The position numbers and the translations under genes were made by a program. Below, one piece after another: positions 36,713 to 49,600 of a DNA stretch of 64,000 nt. Numbering within the stretch: the stretch's first letter is position 1; every line of letters begins with the position of its first letter. The DNA comes from Macrostomum lignano. Taxonomy: Eukaryota. The stretch is taken from assembly GCA_002269645.1 (NCBI GenBank), contig NIVC01003842.1:10295-74294 (forward strand), in the 5' to 3' direction. The notes under the pieces are model-generated. The model saw only the letters and a program-made list of their open reading frames with translations, was not told where the DNA came from and made no database searches.

Positions 36713-37352
36713 GTGCGGAAGTTATTTCGGTTCAAAGCCAGTAGAATTTTATGATCGTTCATAAGTAGTGTATTGAGTTTCATATTTTAAGTCCCAATAT
36801 ATTATTTTCAAAGCTGTCCTTTTGATTTTGAATCTTCTTTTAGTCTTACTTGAGGTACCAAACGTGACTTTCGATGGAGGTCGGTTTTCGCTGCAGAATG
36901 CATTAGCGAGACAGGAATTTTGTACCTGTCTCCCCTCAGTGTATTCTCTTAGACATGATTTTTCCAGCGCAGCTTTTTCTCTACTGACCCGCTAAAAATT
37001 CAGGTGCTTCTTCGTTTGCTTCTTGTCGGAATCGGCGCCGCTTCCAGAAACCGAAGGAGCAGCACAAAAAAACTTCAGGGAAACTTCAGGTGGGTGGGCT
37101 TTGTCTGCTTCCTGCGCTGATTCCGCAATTAAAGGAACATCAATAGCTGCTTCAGTTGCTTCTTTTACACTGTCGAGATAGGGCTCCTCTCGGCTGGAGT
37201 TGCGTCACAGAAGCGAACGAAGAAACAGCCGAATTTTTTAGCGGGGAATTGTCTATGGCCAAACCCCATTCAGCGCTATGCAAAGAGCTAATCTTTGCAA
37301 AGCCCGTTTAGAAAACGCTACTGTATTTGTGAGCGTTGCCGGTCTCCAGTAA

Positions 37353-38348
37353 CACGAGGTGTGGCCAAAAATTAACAGTAGTTTTGCCATGATCTGGTAT
37401 TGAGCAAAACATGAATTATAATTTTTAACACGGCACCTCAATCGCTGATGCCAGCTTCCGATGCATTCTTGGAAGCTCTCCGTCGAGATGCCTCGTAAGA
37501 CTCATCATCTCGACTGTCGCATTGTTCTTTATGTCTTCCAGTTCTTCAAATCGTGATTCTTTGAGAGGTTGCTTTACCTTTGGAAAGAGCCAGAAATCGC
37601 ACGGGGCCGTATCTGGCAAATAAGGTAGTTTTTGCGACTTATATTTCAGCCAAAAACTGTTACAGTGAAAGTGCTTTGTGCGCCGATGGGTTTTCGTGAT
37701 GCAGCAACCAGGCATTGTTTCTCCTACTGTTCACGTCGAACCCACTGCATCCTCAGCATCAACCTCTCTCGAGAACTGCCCCTATGGCACAAACTCGTGA
37801 TGGATGCACGAGGACATGCAAATAAAATTTTTAGTTACTTTTTCAGTCAAAATTCTGGATGAACTGTGAGCGCATTCCAAACGAAACCCATGCTTGCTTT
37901 ATGCTAAGTTCGAAAATCAGCCTCCAGTGAAAATTTCACGATTCGCGAGTGCAGCGTTATTCTGCTTCATTTTGCCATGATACTTCATGATGGTTCTTCA
38001 GGGGTTGTAGCTTATCGGTCAGAGCGTCGGGCTCACGACCGTAAGGTCGGGGGTTCGATTCTCGACCCACTCGGAACAATTTGTCCTTGAGCAAGACACT
38101 TACTCTGCATCGCTTCAGTTCACCCAGCTGTAAAATGGGTGCCAGCATTGGCTGGGGTAATTGAGGCTGTGTGTGGCGACCCCCCAGTCCTTGGACTGAA
38201 TAGCCGTACGCAGCCTTCAGATACGCCGCGCAATAGCTGCGGCTGAGCTGTCGGTTGCACATCTGGCCATCAGTTTGAGTTCGAATCGAATTTGAGGGAC
38301 ATTTTACTCGTCATTTATTTTCCTGACAGAATTTTGGCTGACCTCGTA
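37353..38348 (-). mobile_element. Degenerate mariner (DD34D) transposon with internal deletions and a nested SINE
   Basis: Minus-strand remnants HHENPSAH (canonical HHDNAPAH) and PYLPDTAPCDFWLFPKVK (canonical PYSPDLAPxD). TIRs CACGAGGTGTGGCCAAAA (37353) and TTTTGGCTGACCTCGTA (ending 38348). Confidence 0.85.
38001..38256 (+). mobile_element. tRNA-derived SINE with a CORE-like central domain (copy 1)
   Basis: A box TAGCTTATCGGT and B box GGTTCGATTCT. The body CCTTGAGCAAGACACTTAC..CAGCTGTAAAATGGG resembles the MIR/CORE domain. A close second copy is at 57165. Confidence 0.85.
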
Positions 38349-38499
38349 CTCGAACTTTTTTATTCGAATTTAGTTGTTTGAAAGAAAGGACGGAGGGTCA
38401 ATCCCTATTAAGCATGGCCGCATAGCTTATCTTAAACGGCCAATATTTTTAGTCATTTATTTTAGTATATTGACATAACCCCTTTATTCATTCATTCAG

Positions 38500-38587
38500 C
38501 GAAAGCAAGAAGAGATCTCTATGAAAGACGACGATATGCTAATTCTGATGAAGAGTCACGAAGAATCCGTTAAAAAGCTGTTCAATG
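38500..38587 (+). CDS. GOLGB1-like: Giantin-like golgin, exon 3
   Basis: TTCATTCAG|CGA acceptor and AATG|GTGAGT donor (phase 1); RKQEEISMKDDDMLILMKSHEESVKKLFN. Confidence 0.8.
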
Positions 38588-38671
38588 GTGAGTGCCCGTG
38601 TTTAAAAAAGCAGAAATGCAATCAGTTTCTTCTATGTATATAATATGATCACTCAAATATGATATTGTCAG

Positions 38672-38853
38672 AGGCCAGCAAGCAAAATGTTGACACAATA
38701 TTCGAATCGCAACTGCGCGACTGCCAAGAGGCTCTTCGACAGAAAATTGAACGACTTAAAGAGGCGGAAGCTCAGCTGTTGGAGCAGCAGAGTCAACTGG
38801 CTGAGAGAGACTTTGCTGTCAAAGAGCTCAAGAATGAGCTGAACCATTTGAGG
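38672..38853 (+). CDS. GOLGB1-like: Giantin-like golgin, exon 4
   Basis: TGTCAG|AG acceptor restores the frame; AGG|GTAAAT donor, phase 0; coiled coil. Confidence 0.82.
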
Positions 38854-38888
38854 GTAAATATGCTACTCTTACGTCGTAACAGATTATA

Positions 38889-39738
38889 AGGTAGATGCAG
38901 GGCTTCACTGAAGAGTGAGCAGGTAGATGCAGTGCTTCACTGAAGAGTGAGCAGGTAGATGCAGTGCTTCACTGAAGAGTGAGCAGGTAGATGCAGGGCT
39001 TCACTGAAGAGTGAGCAGGTAGATGCAGGGCTTCACTGAAGAGTGAGCAGGTAGATGCAGTGCTTCACTGAAGAGTGAGCAGGTAGATGCAGGGCTTCAC
39101 TGAAGAGTGAGCAGGTAGATGCAGGGCTTCACTGAAGAGTGAGCAGGTAGATGCAGTGCTTCACTGAAGAGTGAGCAGGTAGATGCAGTGCTTCACTGAA
39201 GAGTGAGCAGGTAGATGCAGTGCTTCACTGAAGAGTGAGCAGGTAGATGCAGTGCTTCACTGAAGAGTGAGCAGGTAGATGCAGTGCTTCACTGAAGAGT
39301 GAGCAGGTAGATGCAGTGCTTCACTGAAGAGTGAGCAGGTAGATGCAGTGCTTCACTGAAGAGTGAGCAGGTAGATGCAGGGCTTCACTGAAGAGTGAGC
39401 AGGTAGATGCAGTGCTTCACTGAAGAGTGAGCAGGTAGATGCAGTGCTTCACTGAAGAGTGAGCAGGTAGATGCAGTGCTTCACTGAAGAGTGAGCAGGT
39501 AGATGCAGTGCTTCACTGAAGAGTGAGCAGGTAGATGCAGTGCTTCACTGAAGAGTGAGCAGGTAGATGCAGGGCTTCACTGAAGAGTGAGCAGGTAGAT
39601 GCAGGGCTTCACTGAAGAGTGAGCAGGTAGATGCAGGGCTTCACTGAAGAGTGAGCAGGTAGATGCAGTGCTTCACTGAAGAGTGAGCAGGTAGATGCAG
39701 GGCTTCACTGAAGAATGAGCAGGTAGATGCAGTGCTTC
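38889..39738. repeat. Intronic minisatellite with a 32-bp unit (AGGTAGATGCAGTGCTTCACTGAAGAGTGAGC), ~26.5 copies
   Basis: Directly visible. Copies differ almost only at one G/T site. Confidence 0.97.
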
Positions 39739-39787
39739 AATGTTAAATTATTTGAAAAAAATTACGTATTTTACTGTTGTATTCCAG

Positions 39788-39952
39788 AAATCCGAAGCTG
39801 CAGCATCTGCCGGAGCCGCTGAGGCGCTGGCAGCAGCGGACGAGGCGGCCCGCAAGGAGCTGCAGGCGGAGCGCAAGCGGCATCTGACCGCCAAAGCGAA
39901 GGTCAAATCGTTAGAAAAACAATTGACTAAAGTTAAGGAGGAGCAAGCTGAG
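39788..39952 (+). CDS. GOLGB1-like: Giantin-like golgin, exon 5
   Basis: TTCCAG|AAA acceptor and GAG|GTAAGT donor. Contains HLTAKAKVKSLEKQL, similar to giantin LHAKAKLTSLNK as I recall it. Confidence 0.85.
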
Positions 39953-40042
39953 GTAAGTCAGTGTTTTTCTGCCGATGTGATGATCACAATGATTAGATTG
40001 TTGTGTTCTGAATACAGCTTATATTGTTAATTGTTCTACCAG

Positions 40043-40330
40043 GCCGCCAGCCAATGGGCTCGCGAGGCCGACGAGCTTCGATCTAAGGCGGTCCAGTTGG
40101 AGACGGAGCGCAGCAGCCTGGAGCAACGCCTCGCGCAGCTGCAGGCTGACGCAGACGCCGTTTCCGCTGCCGCCGCGGCGCCAAAGCCGGCGGAAGATCT
40201 GCGCGTCGAATTGCAAGCGGAAAAGAAGAAGCATTTATCAACGAAGGCTCGAGTGAAATCATTAGAGAAGCAGTTGAAAGCTTTGGATGCTCAGTTGCAG
40301 CAACAGCAAACAAAGGCGGGGGCAACACGT
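40043..40330 (+). CDS. GOLGB1-like: Giantin-like golgin, exon 6
   Basis: CTACCAG|GCC acceptor and CGT|GTGAGT donor. Carries a second copy of the motif, ELQAEKKKHLSTKARVKSLEKQL. Confidence 0.85.
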
Positions 40331-40621
40331 GTGAGTGTTTGTAGTATTTGGTGCTGAACTTCATGCAGTTGAACAAATTAAAAGCAAACAATTGGATTTT
40401 CCCGATCAAGTGAATCCGGCTGAAAAAATCGATAAGAACACGTTAATAACTATTAGGTGGTGGTTATTTAATAAGTAAAGATACTCGTATTTTCAAACAT
40501 TGTTATACTGAACATTTAGCATTGGTATTTAATGCATCCTTAAACCCCAAACTGGTTTGAAGTAAATGAGTATACTCGAATGCGTTGACTATTGTCAATC
40601 TGATGCAAATCTCTATTGCAG

Positions 40622-43600
40622 GACACTGGTTCCGAGAGCAGCCCGGAGCATCCGATAGAAACCAGCGAAGTGCAACAATCAGCTTCGAGTGGCGGACGCA
40701 GAGAAGATGCAGACGCTAGCGGACAGTTGTTGAGAGAGAAAACTGAAGAGCTAGTCAAGCTGCAAGACGCTTACTCACAAATTTCTGCATCTTCGCTGTC
40801 TCTACAAAAGAAATATGATGAGCTCAAACAACTACATGAACGGCTAGAATCGGAGAATATACGATTAACTGAGCAAAACTCTGCTATGATTGAGCGCGTC
40901 AAATCAGCTGATAGTCGAATTGCTGAACTGACAGAATCTGTCGAACAGCTTGGCTCAGAAAATTCTTTGTTGCGGGAGCAAGCAGCCCAATTGAGCGATA
41001 GCGTCAAGGCTGTACAATCCAGCACCCATGAGCAAGTAGGAACGCTCAACTCTGAAAAGCTTCAACTAGCTGAGCAGAATGCTCGATTGAATGAGCAAAT
41101 ACAAAGCTTGGAATCTGAATGCGCAAATTTCAAACAAGTTATCGAACAGCTGGAGTCAGAAAAACAATCCATTTCTGCGCGTAACTTAGAAATTGCAGAA
41201 AGGTTGACCGAGAATGAAGCGCTTGTTGACGAATTAAACCAAATGTCGGCTAAAGTAGACACCGAAAGGTCAGCGCTTTCTGTAGAGGTTACAAGGCTAA
41301 ATGATGAGCTAGCGCAATCGAAATCCGGCTTTCAGGAGTTGAAACAACAATTTGAAGACTTGCAATCGGAGAAGCAGCTTCTCTTTGAACATAAAGACAG
41401 CTTGCAGTCACAGAATTCTCAATTAGAAGTCCAAGTTGCAGACCTAACTGAGAAACTTGGCGTTAGTGAGGCTAACTTCAGCGAGCTGAAACAACAGATT
41501 GACGGCTTGCAATCGGAAAAGTCTCAGTATGCTGATCAAGTTGTAGATCTCACTGAGAAGCTGAGCGTCAGTGAGGCTAACTTCAGCGAGCTTAAACAAC
41601 AGATTGACGGCTTGCAATCGGAAAAGTCTCAGTATGCTGATCAAGTTGCAGATCTCACTGAGAAGCTGAGCGTCAGTGAGGCTAACTTCAGCGAGCTTAA
41701 ACAACAATTAAACAGTCTGCAAGCGGAGAAGTCCCAGCTGGAAGACCAAGTAGCAGACATCACTGAGAAGCTGGGAATTAGTGAGTCTCACTCCAGTGAG
41801 CTGAAGCAACAGATTGAAGGTTTGCAGTCGGAGAAGTCTCAGTATGCTGATCAAGTCGCAGACCTCACTGAGAAGCTGAGTGTCGGAGACTCGAAGTCAA
41901 GTGATTTGAAGCAACAGGTTGACAGCTTCCTGTCCGAGAAGTCCCAATTAGAAGAGCAAGTCTCAGGCCTCACTGAGAAGCTGACCGCTAGCCAGTCTAA
42001 CTCCAGTGAGCTGAAGAAACAGATTGACAGCTTGCAGTCGGAGAATTTGCAATTAGAAGGCCACGCCGCGCACCTAAATGAAAAGCTCTCAGTCAGTGAA
42101 TCGAACTCCAATGAACTAAAGCTACAGATCGATACCTTACGGTCTGAAAAATCCTCAATAGTTGAACAATGTACTGACTTAAGTGAGAAATTAAAAGCCC
42201 ATGAATTAACTTCTAGTGATTTTAAGCATCAAAAAGACAGTTTGTCTGCCGAAAATTCTCAGTTGGCCGACCAAATTACAGTTCTCACCGAAAAGCTGAA
42301 AAGCAGCGACTCAAACTCAACTGAACTTAAACAGCATATAGATCTTTTGTCGAAAGAAAAAGATCAATTCGCAAATGAAGTTGCTGATCTTACTGAAAAG
42401 TTGCGAAATAATGAGTTGAACTCTGAAGGGCTTAAAAAACAGATTGAAAGCTTTCAGTCGGAAAAATCCCAACTCACGGACAACATTATAGAACTTAATG
42501 AGAAATTGAGAGTTAGCGAGTTAAGCCTGAGCGATATTAAGCAGATTTCCGATAGTCTGTCTTCTGAAAAAGCTGCGTTAACTGAACAAGTCGCTGATCT
42601 CAACAAAAAGCTAAGTGAAAGTGAATTAAGTTCAAAGAAAATGAAGCTGCAAATCGATAGTTTACAGTCAGAGAATTCACAGTTCGTTAACCAAATTGCT
42701 GACTTCAGAGAAAAGCTGCAAGTTCACGAATCGACTACCATGGACTTTAAAAATCAGATTGACGATTTGTCGTCGGAAAAATCTTTGCTGGCTAACCAAG
42801 TCGAAGCACTCACGAATAATGTGAACACCACCGAATCCAACTGTAGTGAACTAAAGCTGCAAGTCGAAAATTTGTTGACTGAAAAATCTGAATTAGAAGA
42901 CCAAGTTGCACATTTAACTGAAAAGTTAAGAGTCAATGAGTCAGCATCAAGTGAAGTTACTGAACAGGTCGATATTTTATCAACAGAAAAGTCTAGACTT
43001 ACTGACCAAGTCACAGAACTCAACAGTAAGCTAGAAGTGTACGAGTCAACCATGAACGAGCTGAAGCTGCAGTTAGACAGTTTGCAGTCGGAGAAGTCAC
43101 AACTCGTTGATCAAGTCAGAGAGCTCGATGAGAAGCTACAGGCGAGTGAGTCGAACTCGAGCGAGATGAAACTTCAGTTGGACAGTTTGCAGTCGGAGAA
43201 GTCGCAACTCGTTGATCAAGTCAGAGAGCTCGATGAGAAGCTACAGGCGAGTGAGTCGAACTCGAGCGAGATGAAACTTCAGTTGGACAGTTTGCAGTCG
43301 GAGAAGTCGCAACTCGTTGATCAAGTCAGAGAGCTCGATGAGAAGCTACAGGCGAGTGAGTCGAACTCGAGCGAGATGAAACTTCAGTTGGACAGTTTGC
43401 AGTCGGAGAAGTCGCAATTATCTGAGCAAGTCAGAGAGCTCGATGAGAAGCTACAGGCGAGTGAGTCGAACTCGAGCGAGATGAAACTTCAGTTGGACAG
43501 TTTTCAGTCGGAGAAGTCGCAACTCGTTGATCAAGTCAGAGAGCTCGATGAGAAGCTACAGGCGAGTGAGTCGAACTCGAGCGAGATGAAACTTCAGTTG

Positions 43601-46600
43601 GACAGTTTGCAGTCGGAGAAGTCGCAATTTGTTGAACAGGTTGCACAAATCACCGAAAAGCTTAGCGTCGTTGAGATAGAGAAGGTTGAAGAAATCAGCC
43701 GTCTTAAGCTTAGTTCTGATGACTTGATGCTACAGTTAAATAATTTGCGGTCTTCTTCAGATGCATCTGTTCAAGAATTAGCGGCCAGATTGGAACAGTC
43801 TAGCAAAATGGAGCAAGAGCTCAAATCTAGCCAGAAAGAAGTCTTAAGTTTGAAGGAACAGCTTCAAGTATCAGCCGAGCAGATCAACACTCTTACACAG
43901 GAAAAGTCCGATTTGATGGAGGATGCGATGGAAGCTAAGCGAGTTTTGGAAGAGGCATCTGATCGCATTGAAGATCTTGAATCAACGGAAGAAAAGTGTG
44001 CTGCGTTAGAGCGAACTGTCGAAACTCTACAAGTCTCACTTACTACTTCTGAGAATGAATGCCAGAGTCTTCGAACACTGTTGCAGACAGTTAGCGACTC
44101 AAAGGGCGATTTTGAAATGCAAATCTGGGAACTAGAGGAAACTAAGAAGTCTCTAATTACTCAGCTTTCCCAAGCAGATGCTGAAAGCCGGGAACTGTCT
44201 GAGAAACTTCAAAAGTCTGTGGTTGATCAAATCGGCATACAATCTGAGCAAGCTCACTTGCATAACCAACTAGATACTAGCGAGCGTAAACAACAAAAAC
44301 AAGCTGAAGAGATAGAACAGCTTAGAAAAAATTTAGACGAAGTAACTGATCAGCTGGCTAACGTCATCCAACAGCGAGATCGAATTCAGTCCCTGCGCAG
44401 TGAAGAAGTAGAAGCTTTGAAAGCTGAATGCAAAAGCTTGGACAAGCAGCTTTATGAGAGGAATCACGAAGTTGAAAGCATTAAAGCTACACTGCAGAAG
44501 TTGAACCAGCAAGTCGAAATCATTGATGATCTAAGTCAACAAACTGTTTCGCTTCAAAGTCAACTTGTTGAAGCCCAAGATTCAATAGCTGAACTTAGCG
44601 AAGAGAATTCCAAGCTACGAGATCGATTACAAGCTTCTTTTGCGGAGAATTCCGATCTTAAAGAGTCGCTAAATTCCGTTACTTGTCAAGCTGATGAGTG
44701 GCATTCATCTTTGAGCAGCAGTCAGCGCGAGCTAGAGAGTTTGCAGAAAACGCTTGCTTATGCTGAATCAGAGTTTGCTGAAGCGCGGCAAGAGAATACA
44801 GGGTTTCAAGAAAAAATCACCCGAACTATGGAAGAAATGCGAGGGCTAAAAGAAAAGTGTGCTAGACAAGAAGAACAACTGCAGCGTATGGAAGATGAAA
44901 ACGCAAGTATGTCAGTGCAGTGTGCTAATCAGAAGAAGAATTGTCTGGAACTCGAGTCTCAGCTTGAATCAGCAAATGCCGAGCTTAAAGCTCTTCAAAA
45001 AGAACACTCTGCTTTAGAATCTTATAATGATGAGATTTCTGCAAAGTTTAAAGAGAATCAAGAACAGCTAGAACAGCTGGATGATCAACTAGACCGATTG
45101 ACGGCTGAAAAGCAATCGATGCTTCAAAATTACAAGCTTCTACAGGAAGAGAATCAATCGTTACACAGCCTTATTGACTCTCTTAAGTCGAGCAATAGTG
45201 AATTCCAAGACAGACTCGACTCATCCTTAGGCGATGTCAAGTCTTTGTCTGACAGTGTTAATGAGCTGAAGCAGAATGAAGACAAGTTGCAGGATGATCA
45301 GCGCAAATTAATTGCTACTAATGAGCAGCTAGAAGTCAAAATTTCTGGCTTAGAAGATGACAACTCCCAACTTAGGCAAGTAGTCAGCGATTTAAAAGCA
45401 ATGGTTGAAGAAGTGGAGACAAAACTCGCAGAGAAATCCATGGAAGCAAGCAACTATCAATCGGCCCAACAGCAAATGCAAGCCAATGTCGAACAACTGC
45501 GTGCCGATCTCCATAACAAAGACGAGATGATTTCGAAGGTAAGTTCAACAGCTTCTTTGAATTCAAATCTATTGGCTCGCGTAACTGACTCCGTATCAAG
45601 TTTACGAAGTTCTGTTGCTCAGCTGTGTGCCGAAACGAATTTAAATCTATCAGTGGAAACTACCGAAACGTCATTAGAAGGCACTGTTGAAAGCATTGCT
45701 CAGTTTATATCCTCATCTTCTAGTGCTTTAAGACATTTAGAAAGTCAGTTTACGAGCCAGAAGCTTCAACTTGAACAAGTAACCCGTGATTTGAATGAAA
45801 TTTCCAAAGAAAAAAGTGAATTAGAATCACTGCTAGAGGTCAGTCAAAAATCACTTGCGGCAAGTGAAAACCAAGTTAAAGAAATAACCGCTAATTATGA
45901 AAAGACGCATAACAGACTGGAAACGATGAAGCAAAAAATGAACAAAATCTGTCAAACTATATCTGATCAAGAAAGCACCAATCAGCAAATATCCTCTCAA
46001 AATGATCAGTTGCAACAAACTATCATGAATCTTAAAGAACAACTTAAAATGCAAAAACAACAAGCTCGTGATGAGGCAGCAGCTAAAATATCTGAACTAA
46101 CAAATTTACTTGAAAGTTCGGAAAGGACAGTAGATCAGCTACAGACCGAGAAACTTGATCTTGAGCAGTCCAATGAAAATTTGGCAAGGAGCTTGTCTGA
46201 GTCAAATGATGCCAAGAGCTCGATTGAAGAGCAACTCCGACTGCATGGCGAAGCTAAGCAGCGAGACGAAGAGAAACTTGGTCGGGCTGCCGAAGTGCAC
46301 GAGAAAATGACAAACAAGGTGAAGAAAGTTGTGGAGTCAAACAAGATACAGAAGGCTAAGATAAAAGAGCTGGAAGAAACGGTCGGCGCTCTTCAGAGTG
46401 AGATTAGTGAGTCAAACGAGAAAATCTCAACTCAAAGCGCGATAATCCAAACACTGACAGAGAGAAAACGCGGTCTAGAAGAAGAGCTCGAATCGAAATC
46501 GAAGCGAGTCACAGAGCTGGAAGCTTCAGTCAATGAGCAGACTGACGAGAACCGTGCTCTGGTAAAAGAGCTCGAATCGAAATCCAAGCGAGTCACAGAG

Positions 46601-49600
46601 CTGGAAGCTTCAGTCAATGAGCAGACTGACGAGAACCGTGCTCTGGTAGAAGAGCTCGAATCGAAATCGAAGCGAGTCACAGAGCTGGAAGCTTCAGTCA
46701 ATGAGCAGACTGACAAGAACCGTGCTCTGGTAGAAGAGCTCGAATCGAAATCCAAGCAAGTCACCGAGCTGGAGGCCTCTGTCAATGAGCAGACTGAGAA
46801 GAACCGTGCTCTGGTAGAAGAGCTCGAATCGAAATCCAAGCAAATCACAGAGCTGGAAGCATCTGTCATTGAGCAGACTGAGAAGAACCGTGCTCTGGTA
46901 GAAGAGCTCGAATCGAAATCCAAGCAAATCACAGAGCTGGAAGCCTCTATCATAAAGCAGAGTGATTTGTCAGAAAAGCTTTCAGATGAATTGCAAATGC
47001 TGAAATCTGCTAAGGACTCGGTTTCGACAGAACTGGACTCTGTAGTTCAATCAAAGTCGGATCTCGAAGCCAAAGTCGCAGATCTGACCTCTAATAATAA
47101 CGCTCTTGAGCAGAGAGTTCGTGAGCTTGTGAACGAGCTCGATGGGTCAATCAAGTCTCTTTCTCAGCTACAGACCGAGAAGCTTGATCTGGAGCAGTCC
47201 AATGAAAAGTTGACAAAGAGCTTCTCTGAATTAAATGATGCAAAGAGCTCGATTGAAGAGCAACTCCGACTGCTTGGCGAAGCTAAGCAGCGAGACGAAG
47301 AGAAACTTGGTCGGGCTGCTGAAGTGCACGAGAAAATGAAAAACAAGTTGAAGAAAGTTGTGGAGTCAAACAAGATACAGAAGGCTAAGATAAAAGAGCT
47401 GGAAGAAACGGCCAGCGCTCTTCAAAGTGAGATTAGTGAATCAAAAGAGAAAATCTCAACTCAAAGCGCGAGAATCGAAACACTGACAGAGAGAAACCGC
47501 GGTCTAGAAAAAGAGCTCGAATCGAAATCGAAGCGAGTCACAGAGCTGGAAGCTTCAGTCAATGAGCAGACTGACGAGAACCGTGCTCTGGTAGAAGAGC
47601 TCGAATCGAAATCCAAGCGAGTCACAGAACTGGAAGCTTCAGTCAATGAGCAGACTGACGAGAACCGTGCTCTGGTAGAAGAGCTCGAATCGAAATCCAA
47701 GCGAGTCACAGAGCTGGAAGCCTCAGTCACTGAGCAAGCTGAGAATAACAGTGCTCTGGTAGAAGAGCTCGAATCGAAATCCAAGCAAATCACAGAGCTG
47801 GAAGCCTCAGTCAATGAGCAGACTGAGAAGAACCGTGCTCTGGTAGAAGAGCTCGAATCGAAATCCAAGCAAGTCACAGAGCTGGAAGCCTCAGTCAATG
47901 AGCAGACTGAGAAGAACCGTGCTCTGGTAGAAGAGCTCGAATCGAAATCCAAGCAAGTCACAGAGCTGGAAGCCTCAGTCAATGAGCAGACTGAGAAGAA
48001 CCGTGCTCTGGTAGAAGAGCTCGAATCGAAATCCAAGCAAGTCACAGAGCTGGAAGCCTCAGTCAATGAGCAGACTGAGAAGAAGATAAAAGAGCTGGAA
48101 GAAAATATCACCGTTCTTGAAAATGAAATCAAAGAATCAAACAAAAAACTTGCTTTACAAGTTGAAAGTTTTTCTGAGCTGAAGAAGCTTAAGGCTAGTC
48201 AGGAAAGGAGCTTCTCTGAATTGCAAGAGGAATTTTCACGACAGGAGGCTCTTTCTCAGAAATTCGAAGCAATAAAGTTGTCCCAAAGCGAAAAGATTAC
48301 TGAACTAAATAAAATCAAAAGTTCCCAGGAGCAAGCTCTCTCCGACTTTCAATCCTTGGTATCTACTTTAGAAATCAGGATTAGCGAGCTTACAGATGAG
48401 AATCGTTTAAAAGATGATCGGGTTGCTGATTGTCTCTCAAATCTTCAAGTCTGTGAAAGCGAGAAGCAGGCAAAGAGTAATCTTATTTCGGAGCTCGAAT
48501 GCTTGCTTAATAGCGAACGTTCAAAACAATCAGAACTAGAGGGCCAAGTTAGACTTCATTTGGCTCAGTCTGGCGAACTGTTTTCATTGCTTCAAAAAGA
48601 GTTCAGTGACCTACACGGTTTTGAGTTCGCTGACGCCGCCCATTCGAACCATTCTGTGATAAATCATGAGAATCTAAAACTTATGCTCAAAAGAATTTCC
48701 GAGCTTTATCAGGAACGCAGTGCCGAAATTTTAGAAACGAAGTCTCTTTTAGTAAAGTCTCACGAAGCCTCTTCCGAACTAAACTGTGTGATGCAATCGC
48801 TTGAGAAAAGTGTGACTGTGCTTCAACGGACTGTAACAAGTCATGAGCAAAAGATCTCTGAGTTGGAAGAATTGACATCTTTGCAACAAGGACAGATTTC
48901 AGAGTTTCGGTCTATACGAAGTGTTAACGAAAAAGTAATTTCTCAGCTTCAGGATGTAAATTCTTCCCTGTCAACTGATATTGGCGAATGCCGTCAGTCA
49001 TTGCAAAATGCGATAGAAATTAAAGATCAGTTAGAACGCAAGGTAAGTAAGCTTCAGGATGAATGCAGTATTGCCACTCGAAAATATGAAGAGTTGGTAG
49101 ACACCAAACGCTTTCTTGAGGGAGAGCTACTAGCTGTTAAGAACTCTCAAGTATTGAGTGAAGAAAAACTAAATTTTGCCTCAAAGACGAATGAGGATCT
49201 TTCACATCAATTAAATAAAGCACTGGAAGAAAGAGAACAACGTTACCATGAAATTTTTGAACTGAAGAAGCAGAGCGAGGAGTATAACCGTGATATAATT
49301 GAACTTCGCAATTCAAAAGCTGAGGCTGATAAAAAAGTTGAAGAGTTACAAAGCATCGTTGTAGCTCAAAGAAAAGCTGCGTCTGAACTGCAAGACACTA
49401 ATTTCAAGCTAGAAAAGTCTGTTTCTGACTACGAAGAAATTTTGTATTCGCATGAGACTAACATTTTGTTGCTTCAGAAGACCAGCTTTTTGCAGGAAGA
49501 CTCGATCGCCAAGCTCAAAGAGTTGAATTCCGCACTGCGCAAGTCTATTGTGGAACTACAGGATGCTAACTCAAATATGGAAAAGCGGATAATTGAGTTA

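Noticed and set aside
38001-38075. Functional tRNA genes at 38001, 57165 and 8046
   Set aside because: Anticodon and acceptor stems do not pair properly and the heads run into SINE bodies.
1991-39738. Regular arrays as possible CRISPR loci (20-, 23-, 24-, 32-bp units and the 28-bp core series at 30920)
   Set aside because: Units are head-to-tail without unique spacers, or too short and degenerate. There are no cas genes and the context is eukaryotic.
1991-39738. Shared CAGGT core among the 20-, 24- and 32-bp arrays as a sign of common origin
   Set aside because: A 5-bp match is too short and the rest of the units do not align.
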